Below the pieces are notes generated by a model. The model was not told where the DNA came from. It saw only the letters and a list, made by a program, of their open reading frames with translations, and ran no database searches. 47,743 nt of DNA from a virus (lineage: Duplodnaviria; Caudoviricetes), in the IMG/VR virus record IMGVR_UViG_3300047565_000205, positions 1 to 47,743 of that record, one strand, 5' to 3'. A program made the position numbers and the translations under genes. Each line of letters starts with the position of its first letter. Position 1 is the stretch's first letter. Below are positions 10,029-19,857 of this stretch, in pieces.

Positions 10029-12139
10029 ATTTTAATAAATTAACAGCTAAACAGTTAGAATCGGTAGATATAAGGCAGCTTTCAAAGCCACAAAAACAAG
10101 CTATGCTTATGCGTTTAAATGAGCTTGAAGGTAATAACTTTATTAGTAATGATGATTATGAACAAGTTCCTTCTACTTTTGAAGAATTAGGAGATATAGC
10201 CAAAAGTTCAGGAAAAGTATTAACTCATGGAGCAGCTCTTGCACCTGCTTATGTGGCTGATATTCCGTCAGCTATAGCAAATTTTGGAAGTTGGATGACA
10301 GAAAAACAAGCCGGTTATCCTACTGCAATACCGCGTGCCCCATTTTCTGATATTGCAGAGGAGCCGATTAATATTCCTTCAGTACCTTATGCATCAGATC
10401 TATTAAAAAAAGAGTTATTGGATAAATACATGCCTTTAACTGATAATGAGAAGATAGGAAGAGAAGCGGTTGCATTTGTAAATCCTGCTGCTAAAATAAG
10501 TATGGTGAAAAATACTCTTAATAAAGCTCCTACTGCTTTAAAATATTTATTTGGTGCTCCCGAAGGTAAAAAAGCAATTGCATCTGCTTCGTTAGGTGGT
10601 GCTACTTCTGAAGCTGTAAAACAAAATAATCCTAATGATCCTATTTCTCAATTTTTAGCAACCATTGCAGGTCAGAATATTTTAAATGCTCCTAAAGCTA
10701 TAAAACAGGCAGGAAGTGGTATCGCTAATCTTATTTCTAATATTGAACCTCCTAAGCAACTTACAAAGTCTATTGATATCGATCCTAAAGCTGCTCAGTT
10801 ATTAGAGTCCATAGGAGAGGAACCTAATATTGGTTTAACTGCTAAATCTCCTCATATAAGAGGATTGTATCAACAAGCAAAAAATGAGTCTGGAAGTAAG
10901 ATTCTTGAACGGGAAAAAGGCTTATATAATAAATTAAATGAAGAAACTTTAAAAACTATAGAGCCTGAAGAAGCTTTAAAAGATAGAAATAATTTAGCGC
11001 AGGAAGCTAAACAAACTGCAAAAAATATATCTAAAGAGAAAAACGAAGTAATGAAAACTTTAGAAGAACGTGCTAATCATTATTTACCTCAGGAAGAAAC
11101 AATTGAATTTCCCAATACGGTAGAAGCAATTAAAGATTTTAAAAAAGAATTAGAAATTAATAATCTTTCGGATATTTTAGGAGATTCTAAAATACCAAGA
11201 GAAGCTAGAGTTTTAAATGAGTTAGAAAATGGTATTGCAAGTTATAAAGACGCTAGATTTGCTCTAAGAGAAATATTAAACAAAAAAATTAGTCATTTTA
11301 TTACTGAAGGTAAAGTTGATGAAGGAAGAATAAAACAACTTGCTAAAGCTATAGATAAAGATATTGATATTAAATTTGCATCTAAAGGTGAGGAAGCATT
11401 GAAAGCAAGAGAAGATTTTAATAAATATTATCAAGATTATGCTGATCATATTAAACCTATCAGTAATAAAATTAAAGAAGGAAAAGGTGGAGAATCCGTT
11501 TCAACATTAACTAAAGAATTATATAGTAAAGATAGTGCTGATAAATATTTAACGAAATTATTTAAGAATAATGATAATCCTGAGCAATTAGCAAAAGGAA
11601 TGCTTTATCAAATAGGTTTAGAAAAAAACAGTGATTTTAATGCTAATCTTTTTTACAAGAATATAGATAAAATACCTAAAAAAAATTATGATCAAATAAT
11701 ATCTCATATACCAAAAGAACAAAAAGTCATTTTAGATAATATGAAATCATTAAATAATCATTTATCTATGATACAAACTTATAAAAATTTTCCTAATACA
11801 GCACAACATTTAAAAACAGCATTAAAAACAACTACTAGAGTTATAGTTTCAGGAATTGGTGGCGCAACACATGGTGCATGGGGAGCTGCGGTTGGTTTAG
11901 GTTCAGCTGAAGGATTAATAAGAGCAGCTGCAACCACTAATGAGAATATACTTACTTCTCCTGCATTTTATAATTGGGTAAATAAAATAGATAAAGCACC
12001 AAGTAAGCGTGTTGCTATGGAAATTAATAAAAATTATGCTGATAAACTAAGACATTTATATCCAACTGCAAATAGGCTTATTAATGAAATGAGTAAATCT
12101 ATCTCCTCAGATATTAACGAAGAAGAATACGAAGATTAA
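10025..12139 (+). CDS. Internal virion / DNA transfer protein
   Basis: 704-aa helical protein with Gly/Ala-rich hydrophobic patches near both ends; last gene of the virion module. Confidence 0.55.
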   Translation: MNFNKLTAKQLESVDIRQLSKPQKQAMLMRLNELEGNNFISNDDYEQVPSTFEELGDIAKSSGKVLTHGAALAPAYVADIPSAIANFGSWMTEKQAGYPTAIPRAPFSDIAEEPINIPSVPYASDLLKKELLDKYMPLTDNEKIGREAVAFVNPAAKISMVKNTLNKAPTALKYLFGAPEGKKAIASASLGGATSEAVKQNNPNDPISQFLATIAGQNILNAPKAIKQAGSGIANLISNIEPPKQLTKSIDIDPKAAQLLESIGEEPNIGLTAKSPHIRGLYQQAKNESGSKILEREKGLYNKLNEETLKTIEPEEALKDRNNLAQEAKQTAKNISKEKNEVMKTLEERANHYLPQEETIEFPNTVEAIKDFKKELEINNLSDILGDSKIPREARVLNELENGIASYKDARFALREILNKKISHFITEGKVDEGRIKQLAKAIDKDIDIKFASKGEEALKAREDFNKYYQDYADHIKPISNKIKEGKGGESVSTLTKELYSKDSADKYLTKLFKNNDNPEQLAKGMLYQIGLEKNSDFNANLFYKNIDKIPKKNYDQIISHIPKEQKVILDNMKSLNNHLSMIQTYKNFPNTAQHLKTALKTTTRVIVSGIGGATHGAWGAAVGLGSAEGLIRAAATTNENILTSPAFYNWVNKIDKAPSKRVAMEINKNYADKLRHLYPTANRLINEMSKSISSDINEEEYED

Positions 12140-12160
12140 TTATTTTAACTCAAGTAATCC

Positions 12161-12217
12161 TTGACACAAAATATATTTGACCTATTCTAGGCCTATAGTA
12201 GACATATTAAGTAGGTC
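12161..12217 (+). promoter_or_regulatory. parA sigma70 promoter overlapped by phased heptad repeats (operator/parS-like)
   Basis: TTGACA at 12161 and TATTCT at 12183; gacctat/ggcctat/gacatat at 12179, 12190, 12201; inverted taggtc at 12212. Confidence 0.65.
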
Positions 12218-12221
12218 ATAT

Positions 12222-12875
12222 ATGATAATAGTAGTTGGTGGAATAAAAGGCGGTTCGGGCAAAACTACAATTGCAACAAACATCGCTATTATGAGGAGTT
12301 ATGAAAAGCCTAATATTCTATTGGTCGATGCAGACGATCAAGAAACATCATATGATTTTTCTATTTTAAGAAATAGCAAAGAAGAAGAAAAGCTTCCTCA
12401 ATATACATGTATAAAGTTAACTGGAAAAGCTGTAAGGACTGAAATCTTAAAACTAAAAGCCAATTATAACGATATTATAATAGATACCGGTGGTAGAGAT
12501 ACGGTAAGTCAACGTGCTGCTCTTTCAATAGCAGATATTTTATTAATTCCTTTTGTTCCAAGGAGTTTTGATTTATGGACTTTGGAAGCAGTATCTAATG
12601 TTATTGAAGAAATCAAACAAATTAATCCTAATATTCAATCATGTGCTTTTTTAAATAGAGCAGATTCCAGAGGATTAGATAATAGTGAAGCACAAAAATT
12701 TATTAAAGATACAAATAATATAAAAATGCTAACAAATTCAATCATATGTAATAGAAAAGTTTTTGGTAATGCAGCAGCTGAAGGAAAAGCAATAACCGAA
12801 CTCAAACTTAAAGATCAAAAAGCAATTCTTGAGATAAAAACATTATATAATTATATTTTTCAATATGACATATAA
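12222..12875 (+). CDS. parA: ParA family partition ATPase (short, type Ib-like)
   Basis: Deviant Walker A KGGSGKTT, LVDADDQ, Walker B IIIDTGG; ATG at 12222. Confidence 0.92.
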   Translation: MIIVVGGIKGGSGKTTIATNIAIMRSYEKPNILLVDADDQETSYDFSILRNSKEEEKLPQYTCIKLTGKAVRTEILKLKANYNDIIIDTGGRDTVSQRAALSIADILLIPFVPRSFDLWTLEAVSNVIEEIKQINPNIQSCAFLNRADSRGLDNSEAQKFIKDTNNIKMLTNSIICNRKVFGNAAAEGKAITELKLKDQKAILEIKTLYNYIFQYDI

Positions 12876-12908
12876 ATGACCTATAACAGACCTATTAGAA
12901 AGGCCAAT
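12867..12908 (+). repeat. Second phased heptad array (centromere-like)
   Basis: gacatat 12867, gacctat 12878, gacctat 12889, ggccaat 12902. Confidence 0.7.
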
Positions 12909-12909
12909 T

Positions 12910-13170
12910 ATGACAATAACAAAGAAACCAACTATAAGAAACAACCAAACCCTAACAGGTCTAATAGATAATGTTATTAATAAAGGATTGGTAAAAACAG
13001 AACAAAATCCCGATAGTAAAAACGATAACATTAAAATTACGATTCGTATACCTGCCAAAATGCTAAATGCCATTGATAGTTATTTAGAAAGCAGTATTTA
13101 TTCAAAAGCACGAAATATATGGATAAAAGAAGCAATAGAGAAGAAAATTAAGGAAGAGATAGAGATTTAA
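12910..13170 (+). CDS. Ribbon-helix-helix partition adaptor (ParG/CopG-like)
   Basis: Flexible N-terminus then IKITIRIPAKMLNAIDSY...ARNIWIKEAIEKKI; directly after parA. Confidence 0.75.
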   Translation: MTITKKPTIRNNQTLTGLIDNVINKGLVKTEQNPDSKNDNIKITIRIPAKMLNAIDSYLESSIYSKARNIWIKEAIEKKIKEEIEI

Positions 13171-13499
13171 ATAAGATAAACGTTCCATTGACCGTGATCC
13201 TTCATATAATAATCTGAACTAACATGCTCTAATTGGGTTCTTAGAGTTAAATAAGTTTCTGCATTTTTTGCTTGCGTTTCTAAATCATCACTGGTTTTCT
13301 CAAGTTTATCTCTTAAAATTCCAATTTCTTTAGCATGATCATTTTTTGTATCATTTAGGCTTGATTGCAGTGCTTCGATTTTAGCATTGTATTCTGTTGT
13401 GGTTTTTGCAAACTGTGCTCGTAATTGTTCTAATTCTTTGTCAATGCCAAGTGCCCATCTGATTGTTTGTACGATGCCTAGATCCATAATCTTACTCAT
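13167..13499 (-). CDS. Hypothetical coiled-coil protein
   Basis: ORF track; heptad-rich. Confidence 0.55.
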   Translation of the reverse strand: MSKIMDLGIVQTIRWALGIDKELEQLRAQFAKTTTEYNAKIEALQSSLNDTKNDHAKEIGILRDKLEKTSDDLETQAKNAETYLTLRTQLEHVSSDYYMKDHGQWNVYLI

Positions 13500-13552
13500 G
13501 CATTAATTACAATTTATAACACCACCAGTACTAGAATAACATTTTTTAGCTA

Positions 13553-13825
13553 TTACGTATATTCACAATGACATTCATTAGGAGAGGTTTCTCCTACTAA
13601 AGGTGGATTTATAAAATTATCCTCAACCCATTGTTTTCCTTCTATATAATTATTAAAATTAATTGACATTGACTTTTGATTGTCAAACAAAAATGTAAAA
13701 AGACTACTTCCTATTTTAGCAAAAGCAGATACTGGATAAAGTGATTGACCATGAATTAAATAATTAATTTTATCTGGATTAATATAATAAATCTTATCAT
13801 TATAAGTATATTTTTTTAAAGACAT
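13553..13825 (-). CDS. Hypothetical protein
   Basis: ORF with a GAGG RBS upstream. Confidence 0.6.
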   Translation of the reverse strand: MSLKKYTYNDKIYYINPDKINYLIHGQSLYPVSAFAKIGSSLFTFLFDNQKSMSINFNNYIEGKQWVEDNFINPPLVGETSPNECHCEYT

Positions 13826-13954
13826 ATTAACCTCTTAAATTAAAGGAATGAACAAATTAATGTAGTTTAAAAGAAAATAATGCAAAAATTTAATATAAAT
13901 TAAATTATTATTTGCTCATTTTAATATGACATAAAATATGTTTATTATCAATCT

Positions 13955-14137
13955 TTAATGTTTGATTTTATGCAAAGCAGATTCTAAAACAGTTTTACTC
14001 TCTTTTTTCAGTATACTTATAATAGATTCAAATAAAATATCGGCTATTTCTTTCTGTTTTTCAGGACTTTCTGGATTATAAGCAAGTGCCATTTGTAAAC
14101 ATTGTATCCAATATAATCTAAATTGTTCTTCTCTCAT
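13955..14137 (-). CDS. Hypothetical protein
   Basis: GGAG RBS directly after the groEL stop. Confidence 0.55.
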   Translation of the reverse strand: MREEQFRLYWIQCLQMALAYNPESPEKQKEIADILFESIISILKKESKTVLESALHKIKH

Positions 14138-14147
14138 TTTTATCTCC

Positions 14148-15833
14148 TTAAACTACATTTCCAAGTAATAATTCACGTAAATTTTCAGTTGCATCTTTAC
14201 GAACATTAATTACGGCAGTATCTGTAGTAAGCCATATTCCTACAACAGCAGCAGCATCCAATACTGCATATTTTACTACTTCATATGGATCGATAATATT
14301 TGTATCTAACATATCAACTATACTGGAAGTATTAGCGTCAAAGCCAAATATTGATATATTCTTATTATTTGATTGATTAATTTTATCTAAATATTCTGTA
14401 ACATCTTCTAAACCTGTAGCATTGCTAATAATTTTAGACATAGGAGCTTTTAAAGCTTTAATAAACACTAATATTCCAGCATTAAATCCATTTGTATTAT
14501 CATCCAATATTAAATTTTCCATAAAATGAGCAATCTTAAATAATATTGATCCTCCTCCAGCTACATAACCATAAGTGATAGCAGATTTAGTAGCATGTAC
14601 AGCATCATCAACCCGGTCTAACTTTTCAGATAAATCGGTATCAGTTTGACCACATACTTTAATCATAGCAACCTGACCTAGTAATTGGGCTTTACGTGCT
14701 AGATAATAAGTTCTTTGATAAGCGGTTAATGTACCTGATTCAATATCAGTAGTAATGCTATCTACACGATTTTGAATCATTATAGGATCACCTTTGCCGC
14801 CTAGAATAGTGGTATGAGTACGTTCTACTATTACTTTATTTGCTATGCCTAAAAAATTAGGTGTAATATCTTCTCTAAATCTACCATCAGAAGTTTTATG
14901 GTATTTAGCACCTGTATAGATACATATATCTTCTAATATTTGTGCTTTTTCTTCTCCTATAGAAGGACTTTTAATACCGCATATTTTTACTTTACCGTGA
15001 GCATTATTTTGTAGCATGCTTATAACGGAATCTCCGGTAAAATCATTAGCAATTATAAGTATAGGTTCTCCTTTACTTGCACAATGTTCTACAATGCGAA
15101 TAATAAATTGAAAATTAGTAATATCCATAGGTAATATTAAAATTCTACAGTCATTAGCTTCCCATCTGTTAGCACTATTTCCAATAATAAAATTATTGTT
15201 AATATAACCACTTTCTACTCTAAATCCTTCAATAAGATCTAAATGCATGGTTTTAGTTTTTTCCGAACCTTGAATTTCTTTATCTACTACTATAACGCCG
15301 TTTTTACCTACTTTTTTAAAGGTATCACGTAAAGTAGATGCTATATCTTCATCATAATTAGAAGAAATAGTAGCAATTTTATAAGCCATTTCTCCATCAT
15401 TATTATCAGCTATAATATTTACATAACTTTCAAGAAATGTAATAAATTTATTTTTTGCATAATCTAATCCTTTTTTAAGTTCAACGGTATTTATACCTTG
15501 TTGAATATAATCATAACCTTCATTACACATAGCAGCAGCTAAAATAGTGCTAGAAGTAGTACCATCTCCAATAAAATTAGCAGTTTTTTCAGTAACGGTT
15601 TTTACTAATTGTGCGCCTAAATTTTCTAATTCATCTTTAAAATAAATGCTTTTAGCAACGGTAACACCATCTTTGGTTATTTGATGAAGTCCTTCAGTTC
15701 CTTTTTCAATAATTACATTTTTACCTTGTGAACCAAGTGTTGAACCTACAGCTTTTGCAAATTTATTAATACCTACTAGCATTGGTTTTCGTGCAGCATC
15801 TCCATGATAAATTTCTACTGTTTTAATACTCAT
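14148..15833 (-). CDS. groEL: Divergent group I chaperonin GroEL (Cpn60)
   Basis: ITKDGVTVAK, GDGTTS, DRVDDAVHATKSA, GYVAGGG, IIDP..V; no C-terminal GGM tail. Confidence 0.95.
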   Translation of the reverse strand: MSIKTVEIYHGDAARKPMLVGINKFAKAVGSTLGSQGKNVIIEKGTEGLHQITKDGVTVAKSIYFKDELENLGAQLVKTVTEKTANFIGDGTTSSTILAAAMCNEGYDYIQQGINTVELKKGLDYAKNKFITFLESYVNIIADNNDGEMAYKIATISSNYDEDIASTLRDTFKKVGKNGVIVVDKEIQGSEKTKTMHLDLIEGFRVESGYINNNFIIGNSANRWEANDCRILILPMDITNFQFIIRIVEHCASKGEPILIIANDFTGDSVISMLQNNAHGKVKICGIKSPSIGEEKAQILEDICIYTGAKYHKTSDGRFREDITPNFLGIANKVIVERTHTTILGGKGDPIMIQNRVDSITTDIESGTLTAYQRTYYLARKAQLLGQVAMIKVCGQTDTDLSEKLDRVDDAVHATKSAITYGYVAGGGSILFKIAHFMENLILDDNTNGFNAGILVFIKALKAPMSKIISNATGLEDVTEYLDKINQSNNKNISIFGFDANTSSIVDMLDTNIIDPYEVVKYAVLDAAAVVGIWLTTDTAVINVRKDATENLRELLLGNVV

Positions 15834-15849
15834 TTTGTCTCCTTTATTG

Positions 15850-16686
15850 TTAATAATTTATATCAAAAAGTTTTAGTATTTTATTAACTACTCCATTAGT
15901 TAATTTTGGATCTTTTCTTTGAAATTTTCTAAATGAATTAAAGTTAATTTTAGCAAGTTCAGCTACTTCATGTTCACTCCATCCTTTTTCTTGCATTTTT
16001 TGCTTTACTTCATCTATATAGTTAATCCATTTGGGAGGTTTATTATCTTTTTCTTTAGTAATACCTTTTATAGTAACTTGATTCTCTTTGTCTTTTTTTC
16101 CTTCATTAATTATAAATAAAGCTTTTTTATATTCTTCTTCTCTTTCTTCTTGCTCTTTGACTTGTGACGGCTGTGTTGTTGTTTCTTGCGATATTAATGA
16201 ATTTAATTTTATTACCGCAGGAATAAGCTCTTGTTGAAGATAATTTTTTATTTCATGAATTTCTTTGCCATGACTTATAATAGCAGCTTCAGTTATTTCA
16301 AACTTTTTTTGTAAATCTTCTTCAAGGGTACTAAACATATTATCAAGTACATTTACAGAACTTACAATAGTTGCATTAGCTAAATCTTTAGTGTGTTCAC
16401 GAATACTAGCTTCTTCTAAAGAGTTAGTTTGAATTTTAGCATCAACGTCAATATCTAACTCTTTTAAAGCCTTCTGTAGTACTAGGTTGAATTTCTCTCT
16501 TTTATTGATAAATTGATTTTGAAATATAGTTAAAATTTCTTCTAGATTTAAACATTTAGAGAGCCATGCTGCCTGATATATATGTTCAGTTGGTGTTTCA
16601 TTTAATAAATTATCAATTGTATTTGATAGATATTTTAAATAAGTATATATATTTAGTAATTCGCTACGCATTGCATTATTATTCAT
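15850..16686 (-). CDS. Coiled-coil protein with C-terminal XRE-type HTH
   Basis: KMQEKGWSEHEVAELAKINFNSFRKF...NKILKLF at the C-terminus. Confidence 0.6.
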   Translation of the reverse strand: MNNNAMRSELLNIYTYLKYLSNTIDNLLNETPTEHIYQAAWLSKCLNLEEILTIFQNQFINKREKFNLVLQKALKELDIDVDAKIQTNSLEEASIREHTKDLANATIVSSVNVLDNMFSTLEEDLQKKFEITEAAIISHGKEIHEIKNYLQQELIPAVIKLNSLISQETTTQPSQVKEQEEREEEYKKALFIINEGKKDKENQVTIKGITKEKDNKPPKWINYIDEVKQKMQEKGWSEHEVAELAKINFNSFRKFQRKDPKLTNGVVNKILKLFDINY

Positions 16687-17132
16687 TCAAGTCTCATATT
16701 TAAAGGGTTAAATAATTTTTCTAATTGTTGACATAAATTATCATAATCCGTCTCATTAAAGCTTTCTATATCATATATATGCAATTTAGGAGCTAAATCA
16801 TAACGTGTTAGTCTTTCTATAACTTCAATGTTTTTATTTTTAACTAAATTAATAAATATAGGACGATATATTATTACTTCAGTAACTCCTTCTTTTTGAA
16901 TAAAATTTCCTTTAAATTTATTAGTTTTAGTGCTATAGGCAACTTTTACAGTTCCTGATAGAAAGGCAAAGATTACATTTATTAAATTATCTTTATTTAT
17001 ATAGTCAAAACCAAAACTATTACTCATAGCTTTTAAATTACCGTCATAATCTTCTTTAGATTGTAACATTATAAAAGCATCATAATCAGTTTTTAAATGT
17101 TTAACTAAAGCGTCTATAAGGTCAATTGACAT
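16683..17132 (-). CDS. Hypothetical protein
   Basis: 149-aa ORF overlapping the next gene by 4 nt. Confidence 0.6.
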   Translation of the reverse strand: MSIDLIDALVKHLKTDYDAFIMLQSKEDYDGNLKAMSNSFGFDYINKDNLINVIFAFLSGTVKVAYSTKTNKFKGNFIQKEGVTEVIIYRPIFINLVKNKNIEVIERLTRYDLAPKLHIYDIESFNETDYDNLCQQLEKLFNPLNMRLE

Positions 17133-17217
17133 ATATGTTTTTGTATTTTACATTATTATTAATTGTTTAAGAAGCTATTATACAAAAATAATAGTTAATT
17201 TGTAAAGTTATATAAAT

Positions 17218-17505
17218 GTGATATTAAGTCAGAGCGATATTAAAATACTAAAATGGTATAAAGCAATGGGTGTAGATGAAATCCATTCCAATACTACTCG
17301 TACTTATATTAAAAAAAATGAGAATAATAATTCACCTACTTCTATTGTTTTGCCAAAAGAAAAAATTTATGTAGAAAAGCAAGTAGCAGAAAGAGCAGCA
17401 AAATATCAAATGCCTAACAATCTTTTAGATGCAAGTGTTTTATTAGAACTAACAAGTTCAGAAATATATTCATATGCTTGTAAAATTAAAGATAAAACAA
17501 GTTGA
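17218..17505 (+). pseudogene. N-terminal fragment of an alphaproteobacterial-type family 4 uracil-DNA glycosylase
   Basis: LKWYKAMGVDEI leader and LLEL...YACKIK; stops before the catalytic domain. Confidence 0.55.
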
Positions 17506-17535
17506 TTTTATATATAACAATATTATAATTTAATC

Positions 17536-17628
17536 GTAGATTGAGTTTTGTCGTTATTTCTCAATTTAATTCATTCCTCGTTGGTATTTTAATAAAAAAG
17601 ACTGGGGTAAAAATCAGTCTTTTTTATT
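17536..17628 (+). ncRNA. Candidate ~90-nt small RNA
   Basis: TTGATT-N16-TATAAT (17502/17524), 9-bp 5' hairpin, unpaired cattcctc, strong terminator, no ORF. Confidence 0.45.
17591..17628. terminator. Bidirectional intrinsic terminator
   Basis: aataaaaaagactgg / tcagtcttttttatt inverted repeat. Confidence 0.8.
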
Positions 17629-17709
17629 ATGAATCTCCCAAAACTCTCCTATTTGAATATAATCAAAAAATAATTTCTAGTATTATCCTTGATTTTTAGC
17701 TATTATTTT

Positions 17710-17758
17710 ATGGGATATGTAATCCCATGTTGACATTATATTAGATTTATTATAAAAT
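17710..17758 (+). promoter_or_regulatory. Integrase-operon promoter with adjacent palindrome
   Basis: atgggat-N5-atcccat at 17710-17728, then TTGACA(17730)-N17-TAAAAT(17753). Confidence 0.7.
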
Positions 17759-17823
17759 AATTTTGTTAATAAATTAGATTATTAATAAATAAAATTAATT
17801 ATATGTATAAGGAAAAGTAAAAT

Positions 17824-18006
17824 ATGAAAACATTATATCAAAAATTATCTATATTATTAAATAACATAACTATCGAATCTGGTTATCTAGCACGAGAAAA
17901 GATTGCTTATAATGATGATGAAGCAACTGCTTTCCTTAAAGGTAAGGTAGATAATGAAACTAATGCAGAAATTACTATTAAGTTAAGTCCTATTCCTAAA
18001 TATTAA
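17824..18006 (+). CDS. Small hypothetical protein upstream of integrase
   Basis: AAGGA RBS; stop abuts the integrase ATG. Confidence 0.55.
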   Translation: MKTLYQKLSILLNNITIESGYLAREKIAYNDDEATAFLKGKVDNETNAEITIKLSPIPKY

Positions 18007-19080
18007 ATGGCAAGTATTCAAAAACGTTTTAAAAAAGACAAGTCAGTTTCTTATCGAGTTAGAATTGATATAAAAGGAGCTCCTTCTGTCAGTTGTACAT
18101 TTGATAAATTAGCAGATGGCAAAAAATGGGCTTCCATTACCGAAGCTGCTATTAGAGAAAAAAGATATTTCAAAGGAACAAAAGAAAAACATAGTTTTAG
18201 TGATTTAGTAGAACGTTATATAGATAATATTTTAATTAGAAAGCCTGAATCTATTGCTAAACAAGGGCCTCAATTACTTTGGTGGAAAAAACAATTAGGT
18301 AATTATAATTTAAATGAAATCACTACTGCTATGATTGTAGAAGCCAGAGATAAATTAGCTCAATTAGAATTAGATATAAAAAAACAAAGATCCGCAAGTA
18401 CTATTAATAGATATATGGCAGTAATTAATCATGCATTTAATGTAGCTATTAAAGAATGGTGTTGGCTTGAAGTATCTCCAACAAGAAATATTACTAAATT
18501 AAAAGAACCAAGAGGGAGGGTTAGGTATCTAACTGATACAGAACGTCAGCACCTACTTGATACTATACTTGATGTATGCAAAGGAGAAAAATATCCTGAT
18601 TTATATATTTTAGTAATACTTGCTCTTAGTACAGGAGCAAGAAAAATGGAGTTACTTACTTTAAAATGGAAAGATGTACATTTAGATAAAAATGCAATTA
18701 TTTTATATGAGACTAAAAATAATGAGATTAGAAGATTGCCTTTAGTAGGGAAAGCTTTTGAATTATTACAATGGCTTAGTGATTATAAAAAAAGTAATGA
18801 TAGTTATGTATTTGTAAGTAAAATTTCTACTAAACATATAACCATAGAATATAAATGGAGACAAGTTCTCAAAAAAGCTAATATAAAAGATTTTAGATTT
18901 CATGATTTAAGACATTGTGCTGCTAGTTACCTGGCTATGAATGGTGCTACCGCTACAGAAATAGCTGAAATATTAGGTCATAAATCTTTGCAAATGGTAA
19001 GTCGTTATAGTCATCTTTCCCAATCACATATAACTGATGTGGTAAGCAGTATGAACAAGAAAATATTCGGAGATAAATGA
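18007..19080 (+). CDS. int: Tyrosine recombinase / site-specific integrase
   Basis: Catalytic set TGAR, HDLRH, LGH, RY; N-terminal arm-binding strand. Confidence 0.95.
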   Translation: MASIQKRFKKDKSVSYRVRIDIKGAPSVSCTFDKLADGKKWASITEAAIREKRYFKGTKEKHSFSDLVERYIDNILIRKPESIAKQGPQLLWWKKQLGNYNLNEITTAMIVEARDKLAQLELDIKKQRSASTINRYMAVINHAFNVAIKEWCWLEVSPTRNITKLKEPRGRVRYLTDTERQHLLDTILDVCKGEKYPDLYILVILALSTGARKMELLTLKWKDVHLDKNAIILYETKNNEIRRLPLVGKAFELLQWLSDYKKSNDSYVFVSKISTKHITIEYKWRQVLKKANIKDFRFHDLRHCAASYLAMNGATATEIAEILGHKSLQMVSRYSHLSQSHITDVVSSMNKKIFGDK

Positions 19081-19241
19081 TGATTAACATAAGAATCCTT
19101 TTAAGAATTCTTCAAATAATAGTAATACATTATTTAACATTTCTGATATTCAATAGTAATATTATTACAATAATATTAGCTATAACAATAACAGCTTGCT
19201 TTGTAGATTTAATTATAGATAAAATATTCGGAAATAAATAA
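19077..19241 (+). CDS. Small two-helix hydrophobic membrane protein (54 aa, absent from the ORF track)
   Basis: MMINIRILLRILQIIVIHYLTFLIFNSNIITIILAITITACFVDLIIDKIFGNK; start and stop overlap both neighbours. Confidence 0.6.
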   Translation: MMINIRILLRILQIIVIHYLTFLIFNSNIITIILAITITACFVDLIIDKIFGNK

Positions 19242-19561
19242 TGGGATTGATTATTTCACCTAGTAAAAATTTTCTTGAGAATCAAGGCAAGGAAAAAAAA
19301 CCTACTCAACAAGAAATTAGAATTTATGATAGATTACGGCGCTCTATTTGTAATGAACCTTACGTTATAAAAAATGAAGATGTCGTTGGATTTGAAAGTT
19401 ATACTAGAAAATTACATGATGGTAGATCTGAATATATTATTAAAGTTAAATTAAATAGAATTAATTTTTCTACTGGTGATGACTATATTGAAGTATTTTA
19501 TTCGAATGAAGAACAACGCGATAACTTTCTTAAAAAAATACAGGAGAATATAAAAAAATGA
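19241..19561 (+). CDS. Hypothetical protein
   Basis: Coupled ORF in the integrase operon. Confidence 0.6.
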   Translation: MGLIISPSKNFLENQGKEKKPTQQEIRIYDRLRRSICNEPYVIKNEDVVGFESYTRKLHDGRSEYIIKVKLNRINFSTGDDYIEVFYSNEEQRDNFLKKIQENIKK

Positions 19562-19854
19562 TAGAAAACAGTTTTATGGATAACAGAGTTGTTATAACTC
19601 CTGAGCAATTTGATAATATGATTAATATGTTAACCAATCTCAAAGAGAAATACTTTGAAAGACTGGTATTTTATGCTACTAAATATGATGAGTTACAAAA
19701 TAAAAAAAATAAAAGATTAGATAATTACGAAAAAATGTCATTAGGTAAACGAATATTCTATCAGGAAGACATGCTTAAAAAAGCTGTATGGCAAATAAAT
19801 AATGCTATATGGGATGTTGATAAACGTATTAAAGATGATACTGCAAAGGATTAG
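19558..19854 (+). CDS. Hypothetical protein
   Basis: Coupled ORF (ATGA overlap). Confidence 0.6.
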   Translation: MIENSFMDNRVVITPEQFDNMINMLTNLKEKYFERLVFYATKYDELQNKKNKRLDNYEKMSLGKRIFYQEDMLKKAVWQINNAIWDVDKRIKDDTAKD

Positions 19855-19857
19855 AAT

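Noticed and set aside
14148-15833. groEL as host chromosomal contamination
   Set aside because: Strongly diverged, no adjacent groES, and embedded in a tightly packed phage operon of similar composition.
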